Positions 1 through 12,453 of a stretch of DNA of 57,131 nucleotides are shown here, in pieces (the first letter of the stretch is position 1; each line of letters opens with the position of its first letter). The stretch lies in contig CAUYUJ010000045.1 of the NCBI GenBank assembly GCA_963575745.1, forward strand, positions 62,001 to 119,131. The letters run 5' to 3'. This DNA comes from Prorocentrum cordatum (taxonomy: Eukaryota). The translations under genes were made by a program, and so were the position numbers. The notes under the pieces were generated by a model. That model made no database searches and was not told the DNA's origin. It was given only the letters and a program-made list of their open reading frames with translations.

Positions 1-799
1 AGGTGAAGACAAGGGAAAGCACTTAGATCATGGATCGAGCGCGGCGTTTCATCCGCGAGACGCTTAGAGGCCGCTCCATGGCGCCGGGCGCCGAGAGGTC
101 TGCTGCCGCCGTTCGCAGCGCACAGTGGCCGTGCTGGAATCGAGCAAAAGATCTATGGCTGCGGGCGGGCGAGACGATGAGGGCGAATTCCCGGCGCGCG
201 CGGGCTCGCCGCGTGGTCGGGCGGGGGGAGCTGCGGCGCTCAGACGCCGCACCTTGGATGGACTGTCTTTGGGCGCGTGCAGCGCCGTAGACCAAGTGCC
301 GCGCTATCGTCGCAGGAGGAAAACCATCGCCCGCGTCGTCGCATTTCGGAGCCGGCTGAACAACATCCTTAGCTGATGTAGAGCCACATATAATGTCCAG
401 ATTGGCATGTTCGGCTGCTTGAGTAGCTTGACCAGCGTGCCAACATCCTACCGATGATAAACAACACACTTCGTCACCCCATCAAAACCGAATCATTGCC
501 AGTCCTGACGCGGCCACCGCCGCGCGTTATTCCCTTGGATAAATTGCGCTGGAATCGAAACCAGAGCGAATTCGATTGCAGCCCATTGCATAACAACCGT
601 TTGGCATGCAGCAGCCAGTGATGTTGCAATCGGACGTTAGCGATTGCTTGGCTTGCAGCCAGTTGCACTGCAACTGCATGTATTGCGAGCGATTGAATTG
701 CAATTGGTTGGGTTGCAGATAGCAAAGCGGATCGCTGGATACTTGTGTGTGTGGGGGGCTAGCACGCACACACACACGCACACATACATATACACATAT

Positions 800-2523
800 A
801 CATACCTATACGACCACCCTTCGGGTGATAAGGAGGTGGGGGGGGGGGGGGGCCAACGTCGCACTCGATCGATTTCACTTTCGATATCACGATCGATCTC
901 ACTATCGATCTCACATTCGGTCTCACGATCGATCTCACTATCGATCTCTCATTCGGTCTCACTATCGATTTCCCTATCGATCTCACATTCGGTCTCACTA
1001 TCGATCTCACTATCGATATCACTATCGATCTCGCAATCGATCTCACATTCGGTCTCACTGTCGATCTCACTATCGATCTCACTATCGATCTCACCATCGA
1101 GTTCACATTCGGTCTCACGATCGATCTCACTTTCGGCCTCACTATCGATCTCACTATCGATCTCACATTCGGTTTCACTATCGATCTCACTATCGATATC
1201 GATCTCACAATCGATCTCACAATCGATCTCACAATCAATCTCACTTTCGGTCTCACTATCGATTTCACTATCGATATCACAATCGATCTCACAATTGATC
1301 TCACATTCGGTCTCACTATCGATATCACATTCGGTTTCTCTATCGATATCATCATTACCATCATCATCATCAGCACCATCATCATCATCATCAACATCAT
1401 CATCATCGGGACACCACCGGGACACCGACGGGACACCGGCGGGACACCGGCGGGGCACCGCGCGCCACCGGCCGCCCGGTGGAGAATCACGTGGTCCGGC
1501 CGCGCCTCAGCCACAGAGGACACCACCAGGACACAGGCGGGACACCGCGCGCCACCGGCCGCCCGGTGGAGAATCATTTGGTCCGGCCGCGCCTCAGCCA
1601 CAGGAGACTTTCCTCTCGCCCGCCCGCGCAGCTTCGCCTCGCCCGCACGCACGGCACGCACGAACACGAAACCGAAATCGATTTCCCGGTAGGGGGGCTC
1701 TCCGTTCCACTTCGATCACGCCCCCTCACCTCCGATCTATATATATATACCTATGCGACCACCCATCGGGTGATAAGGAGGCGAAGGGGGGGAGGGACCA
1801 ACGTCGCACTCGATCGATCTCACTCTCGATATCACTGTCGATCTCACTATCGATCGCACATTCGGTCTCACTATCGATCTCACTATCGATCTCCCGTTCG
1901 GTCTCACTATCGATTTCCCTTTCGATCTCACATTCGGTCTCGCTAATGATCTCACTATCGATATCACTTTCGATATCGCAATCGATCTCACATTCGGTCT
2001 CACTATCGATCTCACTATCGATCTCACAGTCGATCGCACATTCGGTCTCACTATCGATGTCAGTATCGATATCACTATCGATCTCACAAACGTTCTCACA
2101 ATCGGTCTCACTATCGATTTCACTATCGACCTCACATTCGGTCTCACTATCGATCTCACTATCGATCTCACTATCGATCTCACCATCGATCTCACATTCG
2201 GTCTCACTATCGATCTCACCATCGATCTCACATTCGGTCTCACTATCGATCTCATTATCGATCGGAGGTGAGGGGGTGTGATCGAAGTGGAACGGAGCGC
2301 CCCCCTACCGGGAAATCGATTCCGGTTTCGTGTTCGTGCGTGCCGTGCGGGCGAGGCGACGCTGCGTGGGCGGGCGAGAGAAAGTCTCCTGTGTCTGAGG
2401 CGCGGCCGGACCAAATGATTCTCCACCGGGCGGCCGGTGGCGCGCGGTGTCCCGCCGGTGTCCCGCTCGGGGGCCGGTGGCGCGCGGTGTCCTGCCGGTG
2501 TCCCGTCGGTGTCCCGATGATGA

Positions 2524-2555
<32 letters not shown>

Positions 2556-5500
2556 ATGATGATGTTGATGATGATGGTGGTGATGATGATGATTTCGTTG
2601 ATGATGATGATCGTGGTGATGATGATGATGGTGTCCCGATGACGATGATGATGATGATGTTGTTGTTGTCGATGTTTATGATGATGATGATTGTGATGAT
2701 GATGGTGCCCCGATGATGATGATGATGTCAACGATGATGATGCTGCTGACGATGATGGTGCCCCGATGATGATGGCGTTGATGATCTTAATTATGTTGAT
2801 GATGATCTGATGTGTTGATGATGGTGATGAAGATGATGATGGTGATGATGGTGTCCCGATGATGAGGATGAGGATTATGGTGGTGCTGTGGATGATGATG
2901 ATGACGATGATGATGATGATGGTGTCCCGATGATGATGTTGCTGCTCATGATGATGATGGTGCCCCGATGATGATGATGACGTTGATGATGAGGATGATG
3001 GCGGGGTGATGATGATGATTTTGACGATGGTGGCCCAATGCTGGTGATGAAGATGTTGATGCTGATGATGATGGTGTCCCGATGATGTTTATGATGATGG
3101 TGATGTTGATGGTGACGATGATGATGGTGTTCCGTTGATGTTGACGGTGATTGTGTTGATGATGATGATGATGGTGATGGTGATGATGATGATGGTGTCC
3201 CGATGATGATGATGTATTTGACGATGTTGTTGATGATGATGATGATGGTGAGGGTGGTGATGATGATGGTGCCCCGATATGATAGTGTTAATGATGATGA
3301 TGCTGTTGATGATGATGACGGTGATTGTGATGATGATGATTGTGTCCGATGAAGATGATGTGGTTGACTATGATGATGATGATGGTGATGGTGGTGATGA
3401 TGATGGTGACCCGATGATGATGATGACGTTGATGATGAGGATGATGATGAGGTGATGATGATGATTTTGACGATAGTGGCCCAATGATGGCGATGAATAT
3501 GTTGATGCTGATGTTGATGGTGTACCGAAGATGTTGATGATGGTGATGATGATGGTGACGATGATGATTGTGTTCCATTTATGTTGATGGTGATGGTGTT
3601 GATGATGATGATGGTGATGGTGATGATGATGGTGTCCCGATGATGATGATGTAGTTGACGATGTTGATGATGGTGATGGTGATGGTGGTGATGATGATGG
3701 TGCCCCGATATGATAATGTTAATGATGATGTTGATGATGATGATGGTGATGATGGTGATGATGACGATGGCGTCCGGTGATGATGATGTTGTTGACTATG
3801 TTGATGATGATGATGGTGATGGTGGTGATGATTGTGGTGCCCCGATGATGATGATGTTAATGACCATGATGTTGCTGATCATGATGATGGTGTCCAGATG
3901 ATGATGATGATTATGATGTTGTTCATGATCATGATGATGCGATGATGATGATGATGGTGGTGTTCCGATGATGATGACGGTGTCCCGATGGTGATGATGT
4001 TGCTGATGATGGTGATGATGATGGTGTCCCGATGCTGATGATGATATGGTGATGGTTATGTTGATGATGATGGTGATGAGGTGATGAGGATGATGGTGTC
4101 CCGATGATGCTGATGATGATGCTGATGACGTTGATGACGATGATGTTGATGATGATGATGTCGTTGATTGTGATATCGCTTGTGATGTCGAAAATGGTAC
4201 CGATAGTTAGACCGAATGCGATATCGATTGTGAGATCGATTGTGAGATCGATCGTCAGATCGATTGTGAGATGGATCGAATGAAGTAGATCGAGTGAGAT
4301 CGATTGTGAGATCGATCGAGTGAGATCGTTCCAGCGAGACCGATAGTGGAAGATAGCGAGATCGATACTGGGACCGATCGAGTGAGACGTTGGTCCCTCC
4401 CCCCCCCCCGAACCTCCTTATCACCCGAAGGGTGGTGGTATAGGTATCACAATCGATCTCACAATCGATCTCACTAATCTCAGTTTCGGTCTCACTATCG
4501 ATTTCACTATCGATGTCGCAATCGATCTCACAATCGATCTCACTTTCGGTCTCACTATCGATATCACATTCGGTCTTTCTATCGATCTCATCATCACCGT
4601 CATCATCATCAGCACCATCATCATCATCATCATTAACATCATCATCATCGGGACACCGACGGGGCACCGACGGGACACCGGCGGGACACCGGCGGGACAC
4701 CGCGCGCCACCGGCCGCCCGGTGGAGAATCATTTGGTCCGGCCGCGCCTCAGCCACAGAGGACGCCGCCGGGGCACCGGCGGGACACCGCGCGCCACCGG
4801 CCGCCCGGTGGAGAATCACTTGGTCCGGCCGCGCTTCAGCCACAGGAGACTTTCCTTTCGCCCGCCCACGCAGCTTCGCCTCGCCCGCGCGCACGGCACG
4901 CACGAACACGAAACCGAAATCGATTTCCCGGTAGGGGGGCTCTCCGTTCCACTTCGATCTCACCCCCTCACCTCCGATACCTATACGACCACCCTTCGGG
5001 TGATGAGGAGGGGAGGGGGGGACCAACGTCGCACTCGATCGATCTCACTCTCGATATCACTATCGATCTCACTATCGATCTCACATTCGGTCTCACTATC
5101 GATCTCACTATCGACCTCCCGTTCGGTCTCACTATCGATTTCCCTATCGATCTCACATTCGGTCTCACTACCGATCTCACTATCGATATCACTATCGATC
5201 GCACAATCGATCTCGCATTCGGTCTCACTATCGATCTCACTATCGATCTCACTATCGATCTCACATTCGGCCTCGCTATCGATCTCATTATCGATATCGC
5301 AATCGATCCCACAATCGGTCTCACTATCGATTCCACTTTCGATCTCACATTCGGTCTCACTGTCGATCTCACTATCGATCTCACTATCGATCTCGCTGTC
5401 GATCTCACATTCGGCCTCGCTATCGATCTCATTATCGATATCACAATCGATCTCACAATCGGTCTCACTATCGATTCCACTTTCGATCTCACATTCGGTC

Positions 5501-6170
5501 TCCTGTCGATCTCACTGTCGATATCACTATCGATCTCACCATCGATCTCACATTCGGTCTCACTATCGATCTCACGATTGATCTCACTATCGATCTCACA
5601 TTCGGTCTCACTATCGATCTCATTATCGATATCACAATCGATCTCACAATTGATCTCACTATCGATCTCACAATCAATCTCACTTTCGGTCTCACTATCG
5701 ATTTCACTATCGATATCACAATCGATCTCACAATCGATCGCACATTTGGTCCCGCTATCGATATCACATTCGGTCTCTCTATCGATATCATCATCACCAT
5801 TATCATCAGCACCATCATCTTCATCATCAACATCATCATCATCGGGACACCGACGGGGCACCGACGGGACACCGGCGGGACACCGGCGGGACACTGCGCG
5901 CCACCGGCCGCCCGGTGGAGAATCACTTGGTCCGGCCGCGCTTCAGCCACAGAGGACGCCGCCGGGACACCGGCGGGACGCCGCGCGCCACCGGCCGCCC
6001 ATGGAGAATCATTTGGTCCGGCCGCGCCTCAGCCACAGGAGACTTTCCTCTCGCCCGCCCACGCAGCTTCGCCTCGCCCGCGCTCACGGCACGCACGAAC
6101 ACGAAACCGAAATCGATTTCCGGGTAGGGGGGCTCTCCGTTCCACTTCGATCTCACCCCCTCACCTCCGA
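800..6170. repeat. Composite repeat array. Unit = ATACCTATACGACCACCCTTCGGGTGAT head, array of 12-mer TCACTATCGATC, (ATC)n, GGGACACCGGC repeats, tail ending CCCCTCACCTCCGA
   Basis: Heads at ~800, ~1747 and ~4977. Tails end at ~1735, ~4977 and 6170. A reverse-complement copy spans ~2263-4448. The long S/I/L/D-rich ORFs here are translations of the repeat. Confidence 0.9.
2515..4165. repeat. Degenerate (GAT)n triplet array interspersed with GGTGTCCC
   Basis: Directly visible; corresponds to the expanded (ATC)n segment of the inverted unit. Confidence 0.95.
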
Positions 6171-6267
6171 TGGTCTGATTTGATATCGGTTTGCACGCAA
6201 GGGATGACGTCCGGAGGCCGCCCTTGCCCCCTCGCGTGCAATCCGCTGGCGCGCGGCTCAAGCTCTC
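6171..6267 (+). repeat. Split direct repeat A1 of YR element 1
   Basis: TGGTCTGATTTGATATCGGT...GCTCTC, 97 bp, near-identical to 12595-12691. Confidence 0.95.
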
Positions 6268-6299
6268 GAGGGAACCGTCAACTCACCTTCCACTCTGTC

Positions 6300-6722
6300 A
6301 TGTCTGGGCTGGCCCAGCTGGTGGCTGCAGAGTGTTCGCGCGCTCTCAACACTGCAGCGGTGGTCTGGGGCCTGTCAAGGCCCGCCGAGTGCCCCGACTG
6401 CGTCTGCTCGCCGAGCATCATCTGTGGCGGCGGGGAACTTGCCAAGGAAGTTATCTGCGACCCGTGTGGCGGTGAGCTCCCTTGGGCATTGCTGACCTGC
6501 TGCGCGCTAGTCGGCATCCTCATCGGCATCTTCCTGGGGCGCATCCTCGTTGTCAGTCGGACGCCTGGGGGGGCATCCATCCAGAACGTTGCGCCTCCGT
6601 CGGTCGACGCTGCGCGGGCGCCCACGCCGTCTACATCAGTTCGCGCAACGGCCTTGACCCTTTCACTGGGCGACCTGGCTCGTCAGCAAGTTGCCCGCTT
6701 TCGCGCAGGTAACCTCGCATAG
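6300..6722 (+). CDS. Small 5' ORF of YR element 1: Cys-rich segment followed by a predicted transmembrane helix, unknown function
   Basis: ATG at 6300; CPDCVCSPSIIC then WALLTCCALVGILIGIFLGRILVV. A similarly built ORF occupies the same position in element 2. Confidence 0.6.
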   Translation: MSGLAQLVAAECSRALNTAAVVWGLSRPAECPDCVCSPSIICGGGELAKEVICDPCGGELPWALLTCCALVGILIGIFLGRILVVSRTPGGASIQNVAPPSVDAARAPTPSTSVRATALTLSLGDLARQQVARFRAGNLA

Positions 6723-6727
6723 ACACC

Positions 6728-8068
6728 ATGGCGAATCCTTTGGAGGCCCTCGGTCTACAGGAGGGTGATGTGATCGCTGTCAGATATCAGATTGGAGGTC
6801 CTCGTCTCTGGCACGAGCGAGTGATTTTATTGTTGCCGCCTGGGGCGCACCCAGTTGTCAGTATCCTGACGCTCGACCGAGACCAGTACGAGGAGAGCCT
6901 CGCCGCTGGCGGAGACATCGCCGAGTTCGCCATCCTCGAGGGCGGCGCGCTCGGCAAGCGCGCCCATGGGATCGGTGTGGACCGCGTCCACCGCTTCCAG
7001 CACCTACCGCTGCCAGCGCAGCTCCAGGGGATGCGGGACGACGCGGCCCAGCGCCTCGGCCTCCCTCTGCGGCCGGGGTTCGCGGTCAACATGCTCGGGC
7101 GGCCTGGTTTCGCTGGCATGGCCGCTGGCCCGCCTGCGCCCCAGGCCGCCGGTGGAGGCCTGCCTGGGGCAGGTGTCGCCGGCCTCGCCGCCGCGCTGGG
7201 CGGCCCTGGGGGGCCGGCTGCCGCCGCGCCAGCCGCGCCGGTCGCTGCGGCCGCCGCGCCTGCCGCCGCCGGCGTGGGCCCAGGAGGCGCCCTGGTGCCC
7301 GTGGCGGCCTTGCCCGCGGCCGCGGCGGCCCCGCCTCCCGCGGCGGCCCCAGCCCTGGGCGCCGATGCCGGGCTTGCCCTGGCGGGCCCCCTCGGCGCCG
7401 GCGCGACGCCAGCGGCTGCGGCTCCAGCGGGCCCGGCTGCCGCGGCCCCCGCGGCCCCCGCGCCTGCTGGCGGGCTCGGCGACGCGCGCGTCCACCCCGT
7501 GGCCCTGGACGCCCAGGGCAATCGCCGCAGGATGTTCAGGGATGCCATCATGCTGATGCGGGAGGACGCTTGGCCAGACTGGCCCATCCGCGGGCTCCGC
7601 GCGGTGATGTGGGTCCTCCGCTTCATCGAGCAGAACGGTGGGACGCCCGTGGGCCGCCACATGAGGTTCCGCACCGAGGCCAAGTTGTCTGCATCCGACG
7701 TCGGAGTTGACGAACATGAGGGAGCGTGCAGAATGTTGGAACATATGGTGATGCATGGTCAGCTCATGGTCACTAACTTGGCGTGTGCGGAATCCCTCTG
7801 CAGAGTCATTCAAGTTCAAGAGGAGCGTTATCGTGACCGCCTCGCTAGAGGCGCCGAGGGCTCGAATGACAACCACCTCTATATGGGCACGGACACGGTC
7901 CGAGGGCGCGTCTGCGTGAGCCCGCAGCTGGCCGAGTTCGTCAAGACGCAGCTCACGCAGGAGTACCAGATCTCAAAGGAGCGCCGCAAGGCGCGGGAGG
8001 AGAGGGCTCTGGCCAAGAAGGGCGCCAAGAAGGGCGGCCCGAAGGAGTCAGGGCCTGGGGGCGGCTAG
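6728..8068 (+). CDS. Gag-like ORF of YR element 1 (intact, 446 aa, central Ala/Pro/Gly linker)
   Basis: Lies before pol. Collinear similarity with the element 2 ORF: RLWHERVIL/RLWRQRLVL, WPIRGLRAVMW/WTVPGPRTVKW, RKAREER/RKAKEER. Confidence 0.8.
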   Translation: MANPLEALGLQEGDVIAVRYQIGGPRLWHERVILLLPPGAHPVVSILTLDRDQYEESLAAGGDIAEFAILEGGALGKRAHGIGVDRVHRFQHLPLPAQLQGMRDDAAQRLGLPLRPGFAVNMLGRPGFAGMAAGPPAPQAAGGGLPGAGVAGLAAALGGPGGPAAAAPAAPVAAAAAPAAAGVGPGGALVPVAALPAAAAAPPPAAAPALGADAGLALAGPLGAGATPAAAAPAGPAAAAPAAPAPAGGLGDARVHPVALDAQGNRRRMFRDAIMLMREDAWPDWPIRGLRAVMWVLRFIEQNGGTPVGRHMRFRTEAKLSASDVGVDEHEGACRMLEHMVMHGQLMVTNLACAESLCRVIQVQEERYRDRLARGAEGSNDNHLYMGTDTVRGRVCVSPQLAEFVKTQLTQEYQISKERRKAREERALAKKGAKKGGPKESGPGGG

Positions 8069-8087
8069 TCACGGCGCCCCGGACCAG

Positions 8088-10250
8088 GTGGATGGGCCCC
8101 CTGGTCCGAGCGAATCTTTCGTCGCCCATTTTTCCGACGAGCCTCGGCAGAGGGATATCTTCCCGCTCCCGCTGCTTGACATGCCGCCGAGTAATGATTC
8201 ATCACGATGTCGGTCGGTCACTCGTCGCCGCCAACGCCTGCAGCACTCCACCGCGTGGGCCAACGCCGCCGTGGGTGTTCTGAACCAGATGTCTGGACAC
8301 TCTGAGCCGTCTGCCGCACCATCGTCTCTGTCACAGAGCAAAGTGCTCGAACGGTTTAAGGATTGCTGCCGCCGTCTTGGCCCTCCTCCCAGCGAGGCGG
8401 GATTTGCTCAGGGAGCCCTCAGCGAGCTCTTGAGCAATAATACTTTGTATGGGGATGCGTTCCCCGCTCGTCCTTATTCTCGCGACAAGGTCGCGTGGCC
8501 TGACGAGGGCGCAGCGCCTGTGGATCTTCACAGGCTGCTCTCATCGGCCGACTTTCTCTGGCTTAAGGACTGGCGAACGCACATGCTGAGGCCAACTGGG
8601 GAGGCCCGCTCGCCGGTGCAAGAGGCCTGCCCGAAGGGGGCCTACATCGACCATTTGCTTTCTCACTGCCCGTCCACGTATGCCGATTGTTTGGCTTCTC
8701 TCGCGAGAAGGGGCATGTTGGCGTAAGGGCCTGCTAGGCGTGTTTTGCGTCGCAAAGAAATCAGAGCAGCTGCGTCTCATATTCGACACACGTGTCTCTA
8801 ATTGCTGTTTCTTGCCTCTGCCCTCTACCCGTATCCCCTCTGCCTCTGCCTTCTCCGCCATCGAGTCCAAGGACGGTCCTTGCTTTGCCGCGTCAGGTGA
8901 TGTGCAGTGTGCGTTATATCATATGCGCGTGCCTCACGACATGATTGAGTTTTTTCGCTCCCTCCGATTGACTCGGGAATGCTAGCTTCCTTCGGGCTCC
9001 CAGGAGTGCCCTCTGAGCCGGGCCAGTCTCCCCTGCCTTGCATCACTGTCATGCCCATGGGATTCGGATGGGCTCTTCACTCTTGTCAGGCTGTCATGCG
9101 TAATTCGATTCATCAGGCGGGTTTCGTGCCGTCCCAAGTCATTTCGGACGGCGAGCCGGGGGTCGTCCTCAGGTCCGCTGATGATACAGTTGCCGCCGGC
9201 TACGTTGACAATTATCTGGTGCTCGGTAAAGAAAGCGTCACTGTCCAGGCCGCTCTCAACCGTGTTAGCGAGCAGCTTCGATCGGTTAGGCTGACTGTTT
9301 ACGAATTAAGCGAGCCTTCCCGGGACGCGTCCTTCCTGGGTCTTTCCCTCGTCGCCGGCCGCTGGCTGTCGGTTAAGGCTCGGAATATCTGGCGCCTCCG
9401 CTTCGCTCTGGAGCGCGTGCTGTCTCGTGGCTCGGCTAGTGGGCACCTCCTTCGTGTTTTAGTTGGGCATGTCACTTGGACCTCTATGGTCCGTCGTGAA
9501 GCCCTGTCTATTCTTAACAGCTGTTACGCGTTTATTGAATATTCCAAGAGTGTTGTGACCCCTCTTTGGCCCCGCGTATCATTAGAGCTTCGCAGGCTCA
9601 TCGCTATCCTCCCCCTCCTCTCTACCGACTTGTGTGCTGCGTGGCATCCTGTCATCTGTGCTTCAGACGCGTCGGAGTTCGGGCTCTGAGTTTGTCATCG
9701 GTCACTGGGACAAGATCGTGTAGCTGAATATGGGACGGGTTAGTGAGCGCGTGAGGTATCGCGTCGACGGGGCCGAGAAGGTTCGGGCCAATGCTCTTCG
9801 GGAAGGTGTCGTGGGGTCGTACTTCGCCGAGTCGCTCCTGGACGAGGCTGCCGCCGCCCCGCCCCCTGCCCCCGACTGTGGTTCCACGCGCGTGGATCCC
9901 TTGCTGTTCGAGGAGGCCCTGGCTGAGTATATGGCGTTCTCAGATTGGGAAGACGTTATGACTGTTAAAGATTTGCATGCTGCTGATATTCTACAACTGG
10001 AAGGTGAAGCTCTCGTCTTGGCCTACAAACACTTGCTACGCTCGGCTGCCGCTGTTGGGCGGCGTGTGGTGATCGTCGTCGATAACACGTGCCTGGCCCT
10101 CGCATCGTGTAAGGGAAGGGCCAAGTCGCCCCACCTCCAGGCCGTCATGTTGAAGCTGTCTGCCCTGTCCTTGGCTTCGGGATGCCGTCTTCATGTTCGA
10201 TGGGTTCCTAGTGAACGTAATCCTTCGGATCCTCTTTCTCGTGGTCGTCT
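8088..10250 (+). pseudogene. Reverse transcriptase + RNase H of YR element 1 (frameshifts near 8720, 8975 and 9729; stop at 9687)
   Basis: RT motifs GVFCVAKK..LRLIFDTR, GDVQCALY, MPMGFGWA, GYVDNY, FLGL. RNase H motifs SDASEFG, LEGEAL, VDNT, RWVPSERNPSDPLSR. Confidence 0.92.
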
Positions 10251-10339
10251 TGGCTGGTTTTCAGGAGCTCGGGCCGCGCGGCGGCCTGCGGGCCCTTCGC
10301 CCCTCCCAGCGGCGAGGCCGCCTCGCGGGGGTGCTCGGC

Positions 10340-11464
10340 ATGCCGGCGGCGACGGCCATGCGCAAGTTAGCCCGGGCTCGGGTGATCAAGGAGACCCGGG
10401 CCGCGGCTGCGCAGCGCATGGTCGCCGAGCGGCAGCCGGTGGGCTCGCTCACTGCCCTGGAGCAGCTGGCGATCCGCCCCTCGACGGAGGTCCTCTACGA
10501 GAAAGTGGCGATGGCCTTTCTCACGTTTTGCATGGCGCACCGCCTGGACTGGGCATCGACTTCCGAGATGGACCAGGCCATTGCGGTGCACATGAACCAG
10601 TGCTTCATGGAGGGCAGCTCGTCGGACCAGGGCTCGCAGCTGCTGGCGAGCCTCGCCCGTCTCTACCCGTCGCTGCGCGGCTCGTGGAAGAGTCAGCGGC
10701 CGAGGGCGACGCGGGCGTCTATCGCCTGGAAGCGCCGCATTCCAGCAGGCACCCGGCTGCCCATGCCGAAGGCCGTGGCCTTGGCCGCGCGCCTGCTTCT
10801 CGCGGGGGCCTGGCAGCCGCTGATGGCGCTCTGGGTCGCGATCACCTTCGTGGCGTACCTCAGGCCTGGGGAGACCTTCGAGCTGAAGGGCGAGAACATC
10901 GTGCCCCCGTCCCCTGCTGCGGGGACACCATACCGCCACTGGGGCCTCCTTCACGATGTGGCCTCTTTCAAGGCGGGCAAGACGGGGGTCCACGACGAGA
11001 GCGCCCTGATCGACCTCGACCCGTGGCTCGAGCCGGGGCTGGCATACCTTCGTTCATCGACGACAGCAGATGCCCCCCTGTGGCCGTTCACGGCCGCGGC
11101 CTTGCGGCACAAGTACTCCATGTGCCTGGCTCTCTTGGGCCCCCCCCATGTCTCGGACCACCCGCATTGCCTCCGGCACGGGGGGGCCTCAGACGACCTG
11201 GCTCGGCGACGCGAGGTTCTGCAAGTGCAGATGCGAGGTCGCTGGGCGCCCCCCAAGAGCCTCAAGCGTTACGGGAAAGAGACCAAGCTCTTGGCCGAGC
11301 TGAGCACCATCCACGCGGACGTGTTCCGGCTGGGCCACCTGATGATGGACCACCTCTGGGCCGTGTGCCTCGCGGGCGGGACCGAGGCGTCAGGCATCGG
11401 ACACCTCGTGCCGACGACCTGCAAGGCGGCGATCCTGGGCGCCAGGCGCCTCATGGGTCGCTGA
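10340..11464 (+). CDS. Tyrosine recombinase of YR element 1 (intact ORF)
   Basis: Catalytic set present: YLRPGE (R), GKTG (K), HCLRHGG (HxxR), RGRW (W), KRY (Y). High GC3 codon usage. Confidence 0.93.
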   Translation: MPAATAMRKLARARVIKETRAAAAQRMVAERQPVGSLTALEQLAIRPSTEVLYEKVAMAFLTFCMAHRLDWASTSEMDQAIAVHMNQCFMEGSSSDQGSQLLASLARLYPSLRGSWKSQRPRATRASIAWKRRIPAGTRLPMPKAVALAARLLLAGAWQPLMALWVAITFVAYLRPGETFELKGENIVPPSPAAGTPYRHWGLLHDVASFKAGKTGVHDESALIDLDPWLEPGLAYLRSSTTADAPLWPFTAAALRHKYSMCLALLGPPHVSDHPHCLRHGGASDDLARRREVLQVQMRGRWAPPKSLKRYGKETKLLAELSTIHADVFRLGHLMMDHLWAVCLAGGTEASGIGHLVPTTCKAAILGARRLMGR

Positions 11465-11592
11465 AGGCCCGTCGGCCAGATCGCCGGGTGCCTCCTCTGA
11501 CCGCTCTTTCCACTTCCGAGTTGCGCGCTCACCTGCAGCGTAGGCTTACGCGCGCTCTCAGAGGGTCGGGGTCGCACACTCAGAAGCACTCT

Positions 11593-12354
11593 AGAGTTTT
11601 CCTCGAGCTTTTTGCTGGGTCCGGCGGTGTTTCAAAAGCCATCAGGGCCCTTGGTTTCCTGGCTGTCGATCTTGATTTCAAAAACTCGGCGGGTGAGGAT
11701 CACTTTAACAGCGCGTTTGAAGAACCGCCAAAAAAACTGATCCGAGGGTGGATTTCTGGGGGCTGCATCTTTGCCGCGTTTCTCGGCGCGCCGTGCACTT
11801 CCTGGAGTCGTGCGCTCAGGCGTGCCCTTCGCTCTCGTGAGTGCCCCATGGGAATCCCCTCGTCTGAATTGCCCGTAGCAGAACAAGCCCGTCTTGCTAC
11901 AGGAAATGCAAGTTTCTTGTTCAGTTGCAGAATAATTGATTTATGCGTTCGCTGCGGCGCCCCTGTTCTCATAGAGAACCCGGCCTCCTCCCTGATGTGG
12001 TCGGCACCCCGAATGGTCCAGCTCTGTAAAATGTCTGAGCATCAGCAAGCAAACTTTCACATGTGCCTTTTCGGTGCCCGGTGGCAGAAAGCCACTCGCA
12101 TCTCTCCCTGGCTCACTCCTTCCCTCCCCCCCCTCTGCAAGAAATGCAAATGCCCGGGGGGCGTGTCCTCTCGCACCGGCAAGCCGCGCATTGCGCTGTC
12201 CGGCAGGGCGCCGGGCGGCGTGCACTGGACCGCCCTAGCCGCCGCGTATCCCCCCTGGCTCGCTAAAGCCATTGCCCGTCTCATCGTCGATGGCTCTCAG
12301 CGTCGGAGTCTCAGTCGTTTGTGGAACCTAGCCTCGAGACTCGACCCTCTGTGA
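11593..12354 (+). CDS. C5 cytosine DNA methyltransferase domain, C-terminus of ORF 9730-12354
   Basis: Motif I FLELFAGSGG, motif IV GAPCTSWS, motif VI IENP, then MCLFGARWQKAT and AAAYPPWLA. Confidence 0.9.
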   Translation, partial: RVFLELFAGSGGVSKAIRALGFLAVDLDFKNSAGEDHFNSAFEEPPKKLIRGWISGGCIFAAFLGAPCTSWSRALRRALRSRECPMGIPSSELPVAEQARLATGNASFLFSCRIIDLCVRCGAPVLIENPASSLMWSAPRMVQLCKMSEHQQANFHMCLFGARWQKATRISPWLTPSLPPLCKKCKCPGGVSSRTGKPRIALSGRAPGGVHWTALAAAYPPWLAKAIARLIVDGSQRRSLSRLWNLASRLDPL

Positions 12355-12453
12355 AACTTTTCGCGTTGGGTCCTGGGGCATGTTTCCGCTGGGCTTCATT
12401 TTGCTTTGAATCTTTGTGTGTTCGGCCTGCGGCCCAGTCTGTCCTGCGGGTAT

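Noticed and set aside
1..720. Possible gene or element remnant at the window start
   Set aside because: No motif recognised and truncated by the window edge.
644..6183. Long ORFs rich in S/I/L, D/I/T or M/D
   Set aside because: Translations of 12-mer and triplet repeats that lack stops.
6787..7876. Antisense and alternative-frame ORFs over gag (similarly over the other GC-rich genes)
   Set aside because: Shadow ORFs expected from high GC3.
10193..12354. Bacterial or phage integrase plus restriction-modification methylase (contamination or HGT island)
   Set aside because: Both lie within split direct repeats with gag and RT/RNase H, in microsatellite-rich eukaryotic DNA.
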